A stretch of 64,000 nucleotides of DNA from Tagaea sp. (GTDB taxonomy: Bacteria; Pseudomonadota; Alphaproteobacteria; CACIAM-22H2): positions 448,001 to 512,000 of the forward strand of contig CBDIIB010000003.1 of the NCBI GenBank assembly GCA_965279525.1. Reading direction: 5' to 3'. The notes under the pieces were generated by a model. It ran no database searches. It was not told the origin of the DNA and worked only from the letters and a program-made list of their open reading frames with translations. A program made the position numbers and the translations under genes. Numbering within the stretch: position 1 is the first letter of the stretch; the number at the start of each line of letters is the position of its first letter. Shown piece by piece: positions 20,755-30,536 of this stretch.

Positions 20755-21681
20755 CTATCCCTTGTGAGGGTGCGTCTTGATCCAGTGCCGGGCGATGTCC
20801 ATGCGGCGCGTGACCCAGACCCGGTCGTGCTTTTCGACATGATCCAGGAAGCGCTGGAGTGCACGCAAGCGCCCCGGGCGACCGATCAGGCGCATATGGA
20901 GGCCGATCGACATCATCTTGGGCGCTTCCGCGCCTTCGGCATAGAGGACGTCGAACGCATCGCGCGCATAGGCAAACCAGTCGTCGCCCGTGTTGAAGCC
21001 CTGCGCGGTACCGAACTTCATGTCGTTCACGTCGAGGGTATAGGGAACCACCAGATGGCCCTTCTTGCCGACCTTCGTCCAGTAGGGCAGGTCGTCGTTA
21101 TAGGCGTCGCTGTCGTAGAGCATGCCGAATTCGGCCGCCAGCGCACGCGTGTTGGGCGACACGCGGCCGGTGTACCAGCCGACGGGGGCCACGCCCGTCG
21201 CCTTCCGGATCGCGTCGATTGCCATCTTGAAATGGCGGCGCTCTTCGGCGACCGGCATCTTCTGATAGTCGAACCAGCGCCAGCCATGGCTTGCCACTTC
21301 ATGGCCGCCTTCGATCATCGCCTTGCCGGCGTCGGGATTGCGCGCGAGCGCCATGCCGACCGCCCAGGACGTGAAGGGAAGGCGCCGCTTCTCGAACTCC
21401 CGCAGGATCCGCCAGAAGCCGGCGCGGCTGCCGTACTCGTAGACGCTTTCGGTGCTTTCGTCGCGCCGGCGCTGGCGCGGGACGAGCCCGACGACTTCCT
21501 GCAGATAGACTTCCGATTCCCGGTCGCCGTGCAGGATGGATCGCTCGCCGCCTTCCTCGTAGTTGGCGACGAACGACACCGCCACGCGCGCATTGCCGGG
21601 CCATTTCGCATGCGGCGGATTGCGGCCGTAGCCGATCAGGTCGCGCGGATAGGCGGTGGATTTACGCTTCGGGCTTGGCAT
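20755..21681 (-). CDS. puuE: metal-independent allantoinase PuuE (polysaccharide deacetylase fold)
   Basis: YPRDLIGYGRNPPHAKWP, NYEEGGE, YEYGSRAGFWRI, HGWRW, KMMSIGLH. Confidence 0.88.
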   Translation of the reverse strand: MPSPKRKSTAYPRDLIGYGRNPPHAKWPGNARVAVSFVANYEEGGERSILHGDRESEVYLQEVVGLVPRQRRRDESTESVYEYGSRAGFWRILREFEKRRLPFTSWAVGMALARNPDAGKAMIEGGHEVASHGWRWFDYQKMPVAEERRHFKMAIDAIRKATGVAPVGWYTGRVSPNTRALAAEFGMLYDSDAYNDDLPYWTKVGKKGHLVVPYTLDVNDMKFGTAQGFNTGDDWFAYARDAFDVLYAEGAEAPKMMSIGLHMRLIGRPGRLRALQRFLDHVEKHDRVWVTRRMDIARHWIKTHPHKG

Positions 21682-22867
21682 CGGCCGCTGGCTCCGCTTC
21701 GTTGATCGACGTGAGAATCCGGACGAAGTTGAGCAGCATCGCGTCTTCGCCCGGCGGGGCGATGAACGACACGCCGACCGGGGCGTCCTGCGCGAAACCG
21801 GCCGGCAGCGAGATCTGCGGCAGGCCGGCAAGGCCGGCGATGCAGGTCAGCGGCAACGTGCGCTGGCGCACGCGATCGAACGTGGCGTCGTCGGCCTCGC
21901 GAAGCGGGGCCGGGGTCGCCGCAGTCGGGATGCAAAGGACCGTCCCTTCGGTCATCAGTTCGGCCATGCGCTTGCGGATGGTTTCGCGTCGGCCCGAATG
22001 CGTGGCGACCGCGTCCTTCGTGACGCTCCGGCCGAAATCGAAGCGGGCGGCGACGTCGGCCGCCAGCTTCGGTTTCACCTCGCTGATCCACTCGCCGTGG
22101 CAGGCCCACGCCTCGGCCGCCGAGAGCATCCGGAAGGTCTCGACCCAGTCGGCCAGCCCGGCCCCGGCAATCTCGATGTCGTAGGAAAGGTCGAAGAACG
22201 ATTTCGCCCGCCCGATCCACGGGAGCAGGGCCGCGTACACGTCGCCGTCGGCCAGCCGCATCGCGTCGGTGGCCACGAGAAGGCGGGTCGGCTCGGGCGG
22301 TTCGGTGCTTTCGTCCAGAAGGGCCCGGCCGACGCGCTCCAGCAGTTCGCCGTCCCGGGTGAACCAGCCGACCGCATCGAAAGAAGGGGCGAGTGGCACG
22401 ATCCCCTCCGCCGAGATGCGCCCGTGTGTCGCGCGCATGCCGAAGAGGCCGCAATAGCCGGCCGGCACCCGGATCGAACCGCCGGTATCCGTTCCGATCG
22501 CGAAGTCGCAGGCCCGTCCGGCAACGGCGGCGGCCGAGCCCGACGACGAGCCCCCGGGAACCCGATCGGGTGCGGCGGGGTTGGCGGGCGTGCCGTAGTG
22601 GATGTTCCGCCCGGTCAGACCGTACGCGAGCTCGTCCATAAGCGTCTTGCCAAGGAGCATCGCACCCGCATCGAGCAAGGCCTGGACGGCCGGTGCCGTC
22701 TTCGTTGCCTTGTTGTGGGTCTGCAGCCAGGTCGGGCTGCCGGCGCCGGTCCGGTGGCCGGAAATGTCGTAGTTGTCCTTGGCCGAGAACACGGTCCCGC
22801 GCAGCGGGCCGTCCTCGGCACCGGATATCTTTACGCGCTCGTGTCGCGTGTAGGCATCGAGGTTCAT
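21662..22867 (-). CDS. amidase-signature family amidase (short type)
   Basis: FSAKD, PGGSSSGSAAAVA, GTDTGGSIRVPAGYCG. Confidence 0.88.
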   Translation of the reverse strand: MNLDAYTRHERVKISGAEDGPLRGTVFSAKDNYDISGHRTGAGSPTWLQTHNKATKTAPAVQALLDAGAMLLGKTLMDELAYGLTGRNIHYGTPANPAAPDRVPGGSSSGSAAAVAGRACDFAIGTDTGGSIRVPAGYCGLFGMRATHGRISAEGIVPLAPSFDAVGWFTRDGELLERVGRALLDESTEPPEPTRLLVATDAMRLADGDVYAALLPWIGRAKSFFDLSYDIEIAGAGLADWVETFRMLSAAEAWACHGEWISEVKPKLAADVAARFDFGRSVTKDAVATHSGRRETIRKRMAELMTEGTVLCIPTAATPAPLREADDATFDRVRQRTLPLTCIAGLAGLPQISLPAGFAQDAPVGVSFIAPPGEDAMLLNFVRILTSINEAEPAADAKPEA

Positions 22868-24666
22868 TGCTGTGCCATATCCTGGATGTAGGCGCGCCAG
22901 CCGCCGAACCGGGTGATGTCGCGGGCCGATCTGAGGGCGGCAGGCTCGCAGACGAATCCCTTGCACCAGCTGCCATCATCGATCTCGACCGAGCCGATCG
23001 CAAGCGGTTGCGGGACGAGCCCGACGAAAGAGCCGAACGCCGACACCGGCATTTCCCAGATTTCCAGTTCGATGGCGGCTCCGCCCTCGCCGACGCGCTC
23101 GAGACCCGGCTTGGGCGGAACGGTACCCGCAAGCGCATAGAGCCGGTAGGCAGGTGCCGTCTTGGCACGTCGCAGCAGCTTGGCCCCTCGTTCGGTCAGT
23201 TGGCCGTTGAGCGGCATTCCGGAGAGATGCGCCCCGACGACCGCGACCTGTATCGTGTGCGAGGCCGCCGGCACGAGCGGTGCTTGAGCCGGTTGGGTGG
23301 CGCCGGTCGCACCAAGCCGCAGGCCGGTCTTGCGATGGAAGGCATCGCCAAGACCGGCTAGCCAGCCGTCCTGCCATGCTTGGCCGATCAGCGTGATTCC
23401 CGTCGGCAAGCCGTCGGCGCGGATCGCCGCTGGCACGGCAAGCGCCGAGAGGTCGAGCAGGTTGACGAAGTTCGTGTAGTAGCCGAGCTCGGTATTGTGC
23501 CGGATCGGCTCGGCGACAAGCTGGTCGAGCGTGAAGATCGTGCCGCTTGTCGGCAATGCCATCACGTCGATCGATTTCCAGACGCCGACCGCACGGCGCC
23601 GGAGCTCTTCCAGACGATAGAATGCCCGGAACGCGGCGACGGCGTCGTATTTCGACGCGTTGGCGATGACGGCGCGTGTCGTCGGATGGATGTCGCCCGG
23701 CCGTTCGCGCATCAGCGTTTCGATCGCCGCATAGCGTTCCGCGACCCACGGGCCGTCATAGAGAAGGTCGGCGGTTTCCTTGAACGGCGCGTAGTCGAAC
23801 TCGACGGCCTCACCCCCGAGCGCCGTCAGGCGATCGAGGGCGACGCGATACTGGCGCTCGGCTTCCTTGTCGCCGAAAAAGCGGAGTTGGTCCGACCGCG
23901 GAACGCCGTAACGGAAACGGGCCGGCGGCGCCGTCAGGACAAGCGGAACACCGTCGGCGTCGGCACGCGAATAGGGATCGGCCGGATCGAAACCGGCAGC
24001 CACCCGTGTCGTGGCAAGCGCGTCGGGAACGGTCAGGGCGAAAATCGAGATGACATCGAGCGTTCGGCATGCCGGCACAAGCCCGGTCGTCGACAGCAGC
24101 CCCTTGGTCGGCTTGAGCCCGACAAGATTGTTGAATCCCGCCGGCACCCGGCCCGATCCCGCCGTGTCGGTCCCGAGCGCAAAGGAGACGAGACCGGCGG
24201 CGACTGAGACTGCCGATCCGGACGACGATCCGCCCGGGATATAGCGCGGATCGAACGTGTTCTGCGGGATGCCATAGGGCGAGCGCACGCCGACCAGACC
24301 CGTGGCGAACTGGTCGAGATTGGTCTTGCCGATCGGGATCGCTCCCGCCGCGACGAGCCGCTCGACGACGTGCGCCGAACGCTGCGCGACGTAGGAGAAT
24401 GCCGGGCAGGCCGCCGTCGTCGGCGCACCTTCAAGATCGACATTGTCCTTGATCGCGAACGGCAGCCCCCAGAGCGGCGCCGACCGGGGGAGTGCGGACA
24501 GGCTCGCCGCGGCGGCAAGTGCCTTCTCGCGCGGCACGACATGCAGCCAGGTCGGATCGTCGCCGCGTGCGGCGATACGATCATAGACCATGGCAACGGT
24601 ATCGCGCGGATCGCGGCCTTGGGAATAGGCCGACCGGAGGGATGCGAAATCGAGGCTGTCCTGCAT
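22864..24666 (-). CDS. atzF: allophanate hydrolase
   Basis: GKTNLDQFATGLVGVRSPYG, GTDTAGSGRVPA, YTNFVNLLD plus C-domain VAVVGAHLSGMPLN...GGWRAY. Confidence 0.95.
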   Translation of the reverse strand: MQDSLDFASLRSAYSQGRDPRDTVAMVYDRIAARGDDPTWLHVVPREKALAAAASLSALPRSAPLWGLPFAIKDNVDLEGAPTTAACPAFSYVAQRSAHVVERLVAAGAIPIGKTNLDQFATGLVGVRSPYGIPQNTFDPRYIPGGSSSGSAVSVAAGLVSFALGTDTAGSGRVPAGFNNLVGLKPTKGLLSTTGLVPACRTLDVISIFALTVPDALATTRVAAGFDPADPYSRADADGVPLVLTAPPARFRYGVPRSDQLRFFGDKEAERQYRVALDRLTALGGEAVEFDYAPFKETADLLYDGPWVAERYAAIETLMRERPGDIHPTTRAVIANASKYDAVAAFRAFYRLEELRRRAVGVWKSIDVMALPTSGTIFTLDQLVAEPIRHNTELGYYTNFVNLLDLSALAVPAAIRADGLPTGITLIGQAWQDGWLAGLGDAFHRKTGLRLGATGATQPAQAPLVPAASHTIQVAVVGAHLSGMPLNGQLTERGAKLLRRAKTAPAYRLYALAGTVPPKPGLERVGEGGAAIELEIWEMPVSAFGSFVGLVPQPLAIGSVEIDDGSWCKGFVCEPAALRSARDITRFGGWRAYIQDMAQQ

Positions 24667-24701
24667 GTCGACTCGGGGAAGCTTTCTGTGGCACCGCGCG
24701 A

Positions 24702-24718
24702 TGCAAGACCGTAGCCAA
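24702..24718 (-). promoter_or_regulatory. sigma54 (-24/-12) promoter candidate for atzF-amidase-puuE-marC
   Basis: Minus strand TTGGCTACGGTCTTGCA, GG-N10-GC, ~35 bp upstream of the atzF ATG. Confidence 0.55.
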
Positions 24719-24828
24719 AGACGGCCGGGATTTCCACGCCGCCCTCGCTCCGGCGCCCCGTTTCAACGCATTGACAGTGGCGGGGCGGGCAGGGCTCTAA
24801 TCGGGGTGCCAGAACAGGGAGCAGGGCA

Positions 24829-25920
24829 ATGCGGAAAGAATGGATCCTCGGGATCGTCGCGTTGCTGGCGGGGATTTCGCCGGCAGGCGCACAGGGCACG
24901 CTCAACGTCTACAACTGGAACGACTACGTTTCCCAGCAGGCGATCGAGAGATTCCAGAAGGAAACCGGCGTCCGCGTCGTCTACGACACCTACGATTCGA
25001 ACGAGACGCTCGATGCGAAGCTCCGCGCCGGCCGCTCGGGCTACGACCTCGTCGTTCCGACGGCTTCGCCGTTCCTTGCCCAGCAGATCCCGGCAAGGCT
25101 CTATCGCGAATTCGACCGGGCGCGCCTGCCGAACTTCGCCAATCTCGATCCGGCGGTGATGCGCCAGCTCGAACGTTTCGATCCCGGCAACCGCTTCGGC
25201 ATCCCGCACCTGTCGAGCACGACCGGCATCGGCTACAACGCCGAGCGCGTCGGGCGCGTCATGGCCGATGCGCCCGTCTATTCCCTGCGCATGATCTTCG
25301 ATCCGGAGATCGCGCGGCGCTTCCAGTCCTGCGGCATCGTCGTTCTCGATTCGCCGACCGACGTGTTTCCTGCAGCACTTGCTTATCTGGGGCTCGATCC
25401 CGATTCGAAGTCGCCCGAGCATCTTGCGCGTGCGACCGAGCTGGTCATGCGCATCCGGCCGTTCGTGCGCAAATGGCATTCGTCGGAGTACATCAACGAT
25501 CTCGCCAATGGAGACGCATGCATTGCGTTCGGCTACTCGGGCGACATCAAGCAGGCAGCCGCCCGGGCGGCGGAGGCGAAGAAGGCGAGTGTGCGCGTCG
25601 AATACGCGATTCCGCAGGAAGGCGCCCTGCTGTCGCACGACGTCTGGGCGATCCCGGCCGACGCGCGCAACGTCGAGGCGGCCCATCGCTTCGTCGACTT
25701 CATGCTGCGGCCCGATATCGCGGCGCTGAATTCCGACGCGGTCGGATATCCCAATCCGGTGCCTGCGTCCCGGCCGCTGGTGACGCCTGAGGTCCGCGAC
25801 GACCCGACGGTATTCATGCCGCCCGAGATCCGCGCACGTCTCTATACGATCACGCCGGCCGCACGCGACTACGAACGCCTTCGCACGCGCGCCTGGACGC
25901 GCGTGACGTCCGGACGATAG
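24829..25920 (+). CDS. potF: polyamine ABC transporter substrate-binding protein
   Basis: Signal peptide, LNVYNWNDY, YDSNETLDAKL, TTGIGYN, YINDLANGD, RTRAWTRV. Confidence 0.85.
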   Translation: MRKEWILGIVALLAGISPAGAQGTLNVYNWNDYVSQQAIERFQKETGVRVVYDTYDSNETLDAKLRAGRSGYDLVVPTASPFLAQQIPARLYREFDRARLPNFANLDPAVMRQLERFDPGNRFGIPHLSSTTGIGYNAERVGRVMADAPVYSLRMIFDPEIARRFQSCGIVVLDSPTDVFPAALAYLGLDPDSKSPEHLARATELVMRIRPFVRKWHSSEYINDLANGDACIAFGYSGDIKQAAARAAEAKKASVRVEYAIPQEGALLSHDVWAIPADARNVEAAHRFVDFMLRPDIAALNSDAVGYPNPVPASRPLVTPEVRDDPTVFMPPEIRARLYTITPAARDYERLRTRAWTRVTSGR

Positions 25921-25932
25921 GGGCACCCCCGG

Positions 25933-26886
25933 TTGATCCGCGTCGAAGGCCTTGCCAAGCGCTTCGGCGGGATCGCGGCCGTCGACGGCGTCGACCTCGA
26001 TATCGCGCCCGGCGAGATATTCTGCCTTCTGGGGCCATCGGGCTGCGGGAAGACGACGCTGTTGCGCTGTATCGGCGGCTTCGAGATCCCCGATGCAGGC
26101 CGGATACTGCTCGACGGCAGCGACGTGACCCGGGTTCCGCCATGGTCGCGACCGGTCAATACGGTCTTCCAGAATTACGCGCTCTTTCCGCACATGACCG
26201 TCGCGCAGAACGTCGCCTTCGGGCTCGAGACGCTGTCGCTCGATGCTGCCGAACGGGTGGCGCGGGTGAGCGAGATGCTCGGCCTCGTGCGACTGGAGGG
26301 GTTTGAAGCAAGAAAGCCTTCCCAGCTCTCCGGCGGACAGCGCCAGCGCGTGGCGATCGCGCGTGCGCTAGTTCGCCATCCCAAGGTCCTGCTGCTCGAC
26401 GAGCCGCTCTCGGCGCTCGACGCCAAGCTGCGCGAGGAGACACGCCTCGAGCTTGTCGAGTTGCAGGCGCGGCTCGGGATCGCGTTCGTCTTCGTCACCC
26501 ACGACCAGGACGAGGCGATGGCGATCTCCGACCGGATCGGCGTCATGGAGCGCGGCCGGATCGTCCAGATCGCGACACCAGGCGAGCTCTATGAGCGGCC
26601 GGCAACGCGGTTCGTCGCCGAGTTCGTCGGCCGGATCAATATCTTCGCCGCTCCGGACGGGGGCGGATGGCTCGCGATCCGGCCCGAACGCGTGGCGCTT
26701 GGAGCCGGCCCGCATCGTGGCCGCGTGCGCGAATGCGCCTATCTCGGCGAACGGCGCCTCGTATTCATCGACAGTGCCTTGGGTCGCGTCACGGCAAGCG
26801 TTGCCGGGGACATACCCGCGCTGGAGAACGGAACCGAAATCGCGTTCGGCTGGCCGAGGGATGCCGAACGAAGGCTCTCACGATGA
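25933..26886 (+). CDS. potG: polyamine ABC transporter ATP-binding protein
   Basis: [34 protein letters not shown]. Confidence 0.85.
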   Translation: MIRVEGLAKRFGGIAAVDGVDLDIAPGEIFCLLGPSGCGKTTLLRCIGGFEIPDAGRILLDGSDVTRVPPWSRPVNTVFQNYALFPHMTVAQNVAFGLETLSLDAAERVARVSEMLGLVRLEGFEARKPSQLSGGQRQRVAIARALVRHPKVLLLDEPLSALDAKLREETRLELVELQARLGIAFVFVTHDQDEAMAISDRIGVMERGRIVQIATPGELYERPATRFVAEFVGRINIFAAPDGGGWLAIRPERVALGAGPHRGRVRECAYLGERRLVFIDSALGRVTASVAGDIPALENGTEIAFGWPRDAERRLSR

Positions 26887-27737
26887 GTTCCGCACCTTGG
26901 GCAACGCATGCGCGCCGGTTGTTCATCGTCCCGGCCTTCGCGTGGCTTGTCGCGACGGTGGCTGCACCATTGGTCCTGGTCGCGGCCATCAGCCTTGGCG
27001 AGGCGACGCAAGGTGCACCGCCGTTCGAATGGGGCTTCTCGCTCTCGAGCTATGCGCTGGTCTTCGCAGACGATCTCTATTGGGGCGCTTTCCTGACGTC
27101 GGCGCGCATTGCGGGAACATCGACGGCAATCTGTCTCCTGATCGGATACCCGATGGCGTTGGGAATCGCGCGGGCCCGGCCCGACCGACGTGCATGGCTG
27201 CTGTTCCTCGTGATGCTGCCGTTCTGGACCTCGTTTCTCGTCAGGGTTTACGCGTGGATGGGGCTGCTCCGGCCGACCGGGCTGGTGAATTCGGCGCTTC
27301 AGGCGCTGGGGCTGATCGACGAACCGCTGGCGCTTATCGCGAACGCGTTCGCGGTGCATCTTGGCATCGTGTTCGCCTATCTGCCGTTCATGATCCTGCC
27401 GCTGTATGCCACGCTTGAACGGATGGATCCGGCATTGCTCGAGGCGGCCCAGGATCTCGGCGCAGGCCCGGTGCGCGCGTTCTGGCGCGTGACGTTCCCG
27501 CTGTCCTTGCCGGGTGTCGTTGCCGGATCGCTCCTCGTTTTCATTCCTGCCAGTGGCGAGTTCGTGATCCCGGACCTGCTCGGTGGTCCGGATACCCCGA
27601 TGGTCGGCCGAATCCTGTGGCTCGAATTCTTCCAGAACCGCGACTGGCCGGTCGCCTGTGCCATCGCGACCATGCTTGCCGCCATTCTTGCCGGCCCGAT
27701 CCTGCTGTTCGACCGGTTGCGGACGCGCGGCGTATGA
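26883..27737 (+). CDS. potH: polyamine ABC transporter permease
   Basis: [40 protein letters not shown]. Confidence 0.85.
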   Translation: MSSAPWATHARRLFIVPAFAWLVATVAAPLVLVAAISLGEATQGAPPFEWGFSLSSYALVFADDLYWGAFLTSARIAGTSTAICLLIGYPMALGIARARPDRRAWLLFLVMLPFWTSFLVRVYAWMGLLRPTGLVNSALQALGLIDEPLALIANAFAVHLGIVFAYLPFMILPLYATLERMDPALLEAAQDLGAGPVRAFWRVTFPLSLPGVVAGSLLVFIPASGEFVIPDLLGGPDTPMVGRILWLEFFQNRDWPVACAIATMLAAILAGPILLFDRLRTRGV

Positions 27738-28534
27738 AGCCGGTCGCGACCCTGTCGTGGATTCCGGCCGCACTCGCCGCCGGGTTCGCGTTTCTCTACC
27801 TGCCGATCCTGATCCTCGTGATCTACAGCTTCAACGAAAGCCGGCTCGTGACGGTCTGGGCTGGCTTCTCGACCCGCTGGTACGCCGAACTCCTCGGCAA
27901 TCTGCGCATGCTGGAAGCGGCGGGACTCAGCCTCGGCGTTGCCGCTGCTGCAGCCTGCCTGTCGACCGGGATAGGGACACTTGCCGGTTACGCGCTCGGG
28001 CGTCTCGGCCGTTTCCGGTTCCGGGCGGTCTTCACGATGCTTCTCCTCGCGCCGATGGTCCTTCCCGAGGTGATCCTGGGCCTGTCGATGCTGATGGCCT
28101 TTTCGGCGCTGGACCGCTTGATCGGCTGGCCGGCGGATCGGGGGTTCCTGGTCATTGCGCTGGCGCACGCCACCTACGGCACCGCATTTGTTGCGGTCAT
28201 CGTGGAGGCCCGTCTGCGGGGGCTTGATCCCGCCCTCGAAGAAGCGGCGCTCGACCTCGGCGCCGGCCCGCTGCGCGCGTTCTTTCGTATAACGCTTCCG
28301 CTCCTGTGGCCGGCTGTCGCGGCAGGCTGGCTGCTGGCATTTACCCTATCGCTTGATGATCTGGTGATCGCGAGTTTCGTTTCCGGGCCCGGTGCTACAA
28401 CCATTCCAATGCTGGTCTATTCGAGCGTTCGCCTCGGGCTTTCGCCTCAAATAAATGCACTGGCGAGCGTGATGATCGCTGTCGTCGCAGTCCTGGCATT
28501 TTTCGGCACGCGCCCCGCCAAAATCAGGGCGTAG
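27734..28534 (+). CDS. potI: polyamine ABC transporter permease
   Basis: YSFNESRLVTVWAGFSTRWY, LEEAALDLGA, SLDDLVIASF. Confidence 0.85.
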   Translation: MKPVATLSWIPAALAAGFAFLYLPILILVIYSFNESRLVTVWAGFSTRWYAELLGNLRMLEAAGLSLGVAAAAACLSTGIGTLAGYALGRLGRFRFRAVFTMLLLAPMVLPEVILGLSMLMAFSALDRLIGWPADRGFLVIALAHATYGTAFVAVIVEARLRGLDPALEEAALDLGAGPLRAFFRITLPLLWPAVAAGWLLAFTLSLDDLVIASFVSGPGATTIPMLVYSSVRLGLSPQINALASVMIAVVAVLAFFGTRPAKIRA

Positions 28535-28546
28535 TTTGTCCCACAC

Positions 28547-28555
28547 TTATCCACA
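28547..28555 (+). promoter_or_regulatory. perfect DnaA box
   Basis: TTATCCACA in the AT-rich gap upstream of the M23-bactofilin genes. Confidence 0.55.
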
Positions 28556-28792
28556 GTGTGTGTCTTTCGCAAAATCAGAATCAATTTTGATTCAGTCGGT
28601 TGAGGACAATAATTCGAGTGAAGTGTCGACTGTCGAGCAGGTGATCTTATTTCCGAAAGTTTGGCCAAAGGCTTGCTTGAACGGGCACTGGTGAATCGGC
28701 ATCATCCGCCGTCCAAAAGAAGAATCCGACGTCAACTACTACAGGTTGGCGATCGTCCGTATGCATGAACAGTGGAAGTCGAAGCGGAGCCG

Positions 28793-30118
28793 ATGCAGCA
28801 ACACGAACGAAACCGTCGGAAGGGGACTTGGCTCGGTCGGCTCGATTCGCGGCTGTTTCGTCGGCGCGAAATGCTCATCCGGACCGACGGTCAGGTCCGG
28901 CTGGTTTCGATCTCCTCCCGGGCGCAGCGCGTCGCGGTCGTCCTCGTCGCTATCGCCATGTCGACGGGCGCACTTGCAGTCGACAGCTACCGGACGGCAC
29001 TGGTCGAGATCGAGCAGCGGGCTCTCGACGTCGTGCGTCTGCAGGACGACCACCGCACGCGACTGGAAGAGCTTGGAGAGGCGCTGGCCCGCGCGACGGA
29101 GCGTGGCCGTGCGGAGGCTGCCGAGGCGGTTGCCGGACTCATCGAGCAACGCAACCGGCTGACCGAGCGGATGGTCGAGATCGAACAAGGTCTTGCGGCC
29201 GCGGAGAACGAGCGCGAGCGGGCTTTGACGACGCATGAAGGCCTGATGGAGCGGCTGCGCGGGGTCGAGGCGAGATTGGCCGGCCGTGCACCTGATGCCG
29301 CCAGTGCCGCAGACCGCGTCGCGGCGATGGAACGCGTCCGGATCGAGGCGCTCTCGGAACGCGGACGGCTTGCCGTCGAGGCGCGCCGCCTTGCCATCGA
29401 GCATCGCGCGACGACGGGTGATCTTGCCAGCTTGCGCGCGGTCGACCGCGATGTGGCCCGCGCGCAGGATGCGGCACTTGCCGAGATTTCCGGTAGCACC
29501 CTTGCGCAGATCGACGAGATCGTACGCGTGCTTCGCGCGGCGGGCATCCAGACCGAGCGCATCCTCGGCGGTCGCGGCGGCAGTGCTGGCGGCCCGTTCG
29601 TTGTGCCGGCGGCCGACCGGAAGAGCGCAGATCCGAGCCTTCAACTTGCCTCCCTCGGCACCGACCTCGAGCGTCTGCGCGACATGCGCGCCGCACTGCG
29701 CCGACTGCCGTTGCGCGCCCCGCTCGACACGTTTGCCGTGATGAGCCCGTTCGGGATGCGCCGGGACCCCTTCAACGGGCAGCTGGCCATGCACGGCGGC
29801 ATCGACCTTTCGGCACCCACCCGTACGCCCGTGATGGCGACCGCCGCAGGAAAGATCGTGACGGCCGGCTGGAACGGCGAGTACGGCAACATGGTCGAAA
29901 TCGAGCATGATTTCGGCCTTTCGACCCGCTATGGTCACCTGACGCGGATCGATGTCCGGGTCGGCCAAAGGGTCGAGCGCCGCCAGACGGTGGGGCTGCT
30001 CGGTTCGACCGGCCGAAGCACCGGTCCGCATGTACATTATGAAGTTCTCGTCGATGGCCGTCCGGTCGATCCGGCCCGTTTCTTGGAGGCTGCACGCCAT
30101 GTTCGGAAAGTCGAATAA
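28793..30118 (+). CDS. M23 family peptidoglycan endopeptidase with TM and coiled-coil stalk (LmdC-like)
   Basis: N-terminal RREMLIRTDGQVR, TM segment, long coiled coil, HGGID and TGPHVHYEV zinc motifs. Confidence 0.88.
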   Translation: MQQHERNRRKGTWLGRLDSRLFRRREMLIRTDGQVRLVSISSRAQRVAVVLVAIAMSTGALAVDSYRTALVEIEQRALDVVRLQDDHRTRLEELGEALARATERGRAEAAEAVAGLIEQRNRLTERMVEIEQGLAAAENERERALTTHEGLMERLRGVEARLAGRAPDAASAADRVAAMERVRIEALSERGRLAVEARRLAIEHRATTGDLASLRAVDRDVARAQDAALAEISGSTLAQIDEIVRVLRAAGIQTERILGGRGGSAGGPFVVPAADRKSADPSLQLASLGTDLERLRDMRAALRRLPLRAPLDTFAVMSPFGMRRDPFNGQLAMHGGIDLSAPTRTPVMATAAGKIVTAGWNGEYGNMVEIEHDFGLSTRYGHLTRIDVRVGQRVERRQTVGLLGSTGRSTGPHVHYEVLVDGRPVDPARFLEAARHVRKVE

Positions 30119-30530
30119 GCCCGTCACAGACGTCCGCGCGGCGAAGGCAAGCGGTCCGGCCGTTCCGTCGATCATCTCGGCAAGCCTGTCGATCAAGGGC
30201 GATATCGTCTGCGAAGGCGATATCCAGCTCGACGGGCGCGTCGAAGGCGTCATCCGCACGAAATCGCTGACCATCGGCGCGTCCGGGGAAGTGCGCGGCG
30301 AGATCACGGCCGAGCGCGTGCGGATCCTGGGCAAGGTTTTCGGCCCGATCCGGGCCAAGTCGATCGATCTGGGGCGCAGTGCCCAGGTTGTCGGCGACAT
30401 CCGCTACGAGACGCTGACGGTCGAACAGGAAGCCCAGGTCGACGGGCATATCCAGCGCATCGAAGACGCGTCGGGTGCCGGGCGCGAAGCGGCTCCGCTC
30501 GCACTCGTTCACGATCTCGGCAAAAAGTAG
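30099..30530 (+). CDS. bactofilin (polymer-forming cytoskeletal protein)
   Basis: MFGK start, SIISASLSIKGDI...IQLDGRVEG...VGDIRYETLTVEQEAQVDG beta-helix repeats; overlaps the M23 gene. Confidence 0.92.
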   Translation: MFGKSNKPVTDVRAAKASGPAVPSIISASLSIKGDIVCEGDIQLDGRVEGVIRTKSLTIGASGEVRGEITAERVRILGKVFGPIRAKSIDLGRSAQVVGDIRYETLTVEQEAQVDGHIQRIEDASGAGREAAPLALVHDLGKK

Positions 30531-30536
30531 CCCCGT

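Noticed and set aside
22864-24666. Atrazine catabolic island
   Set aside because: No atzA-E genes and no mobile-element signatures; allophanate hydrolase is common in general nitrogen metabolism.
28535-28790. Chromosomal replication origin
   Set aside because: Only one good DnaA box, no box array or clear unwinding repeats, and no hemE/dnaA/parAB context.
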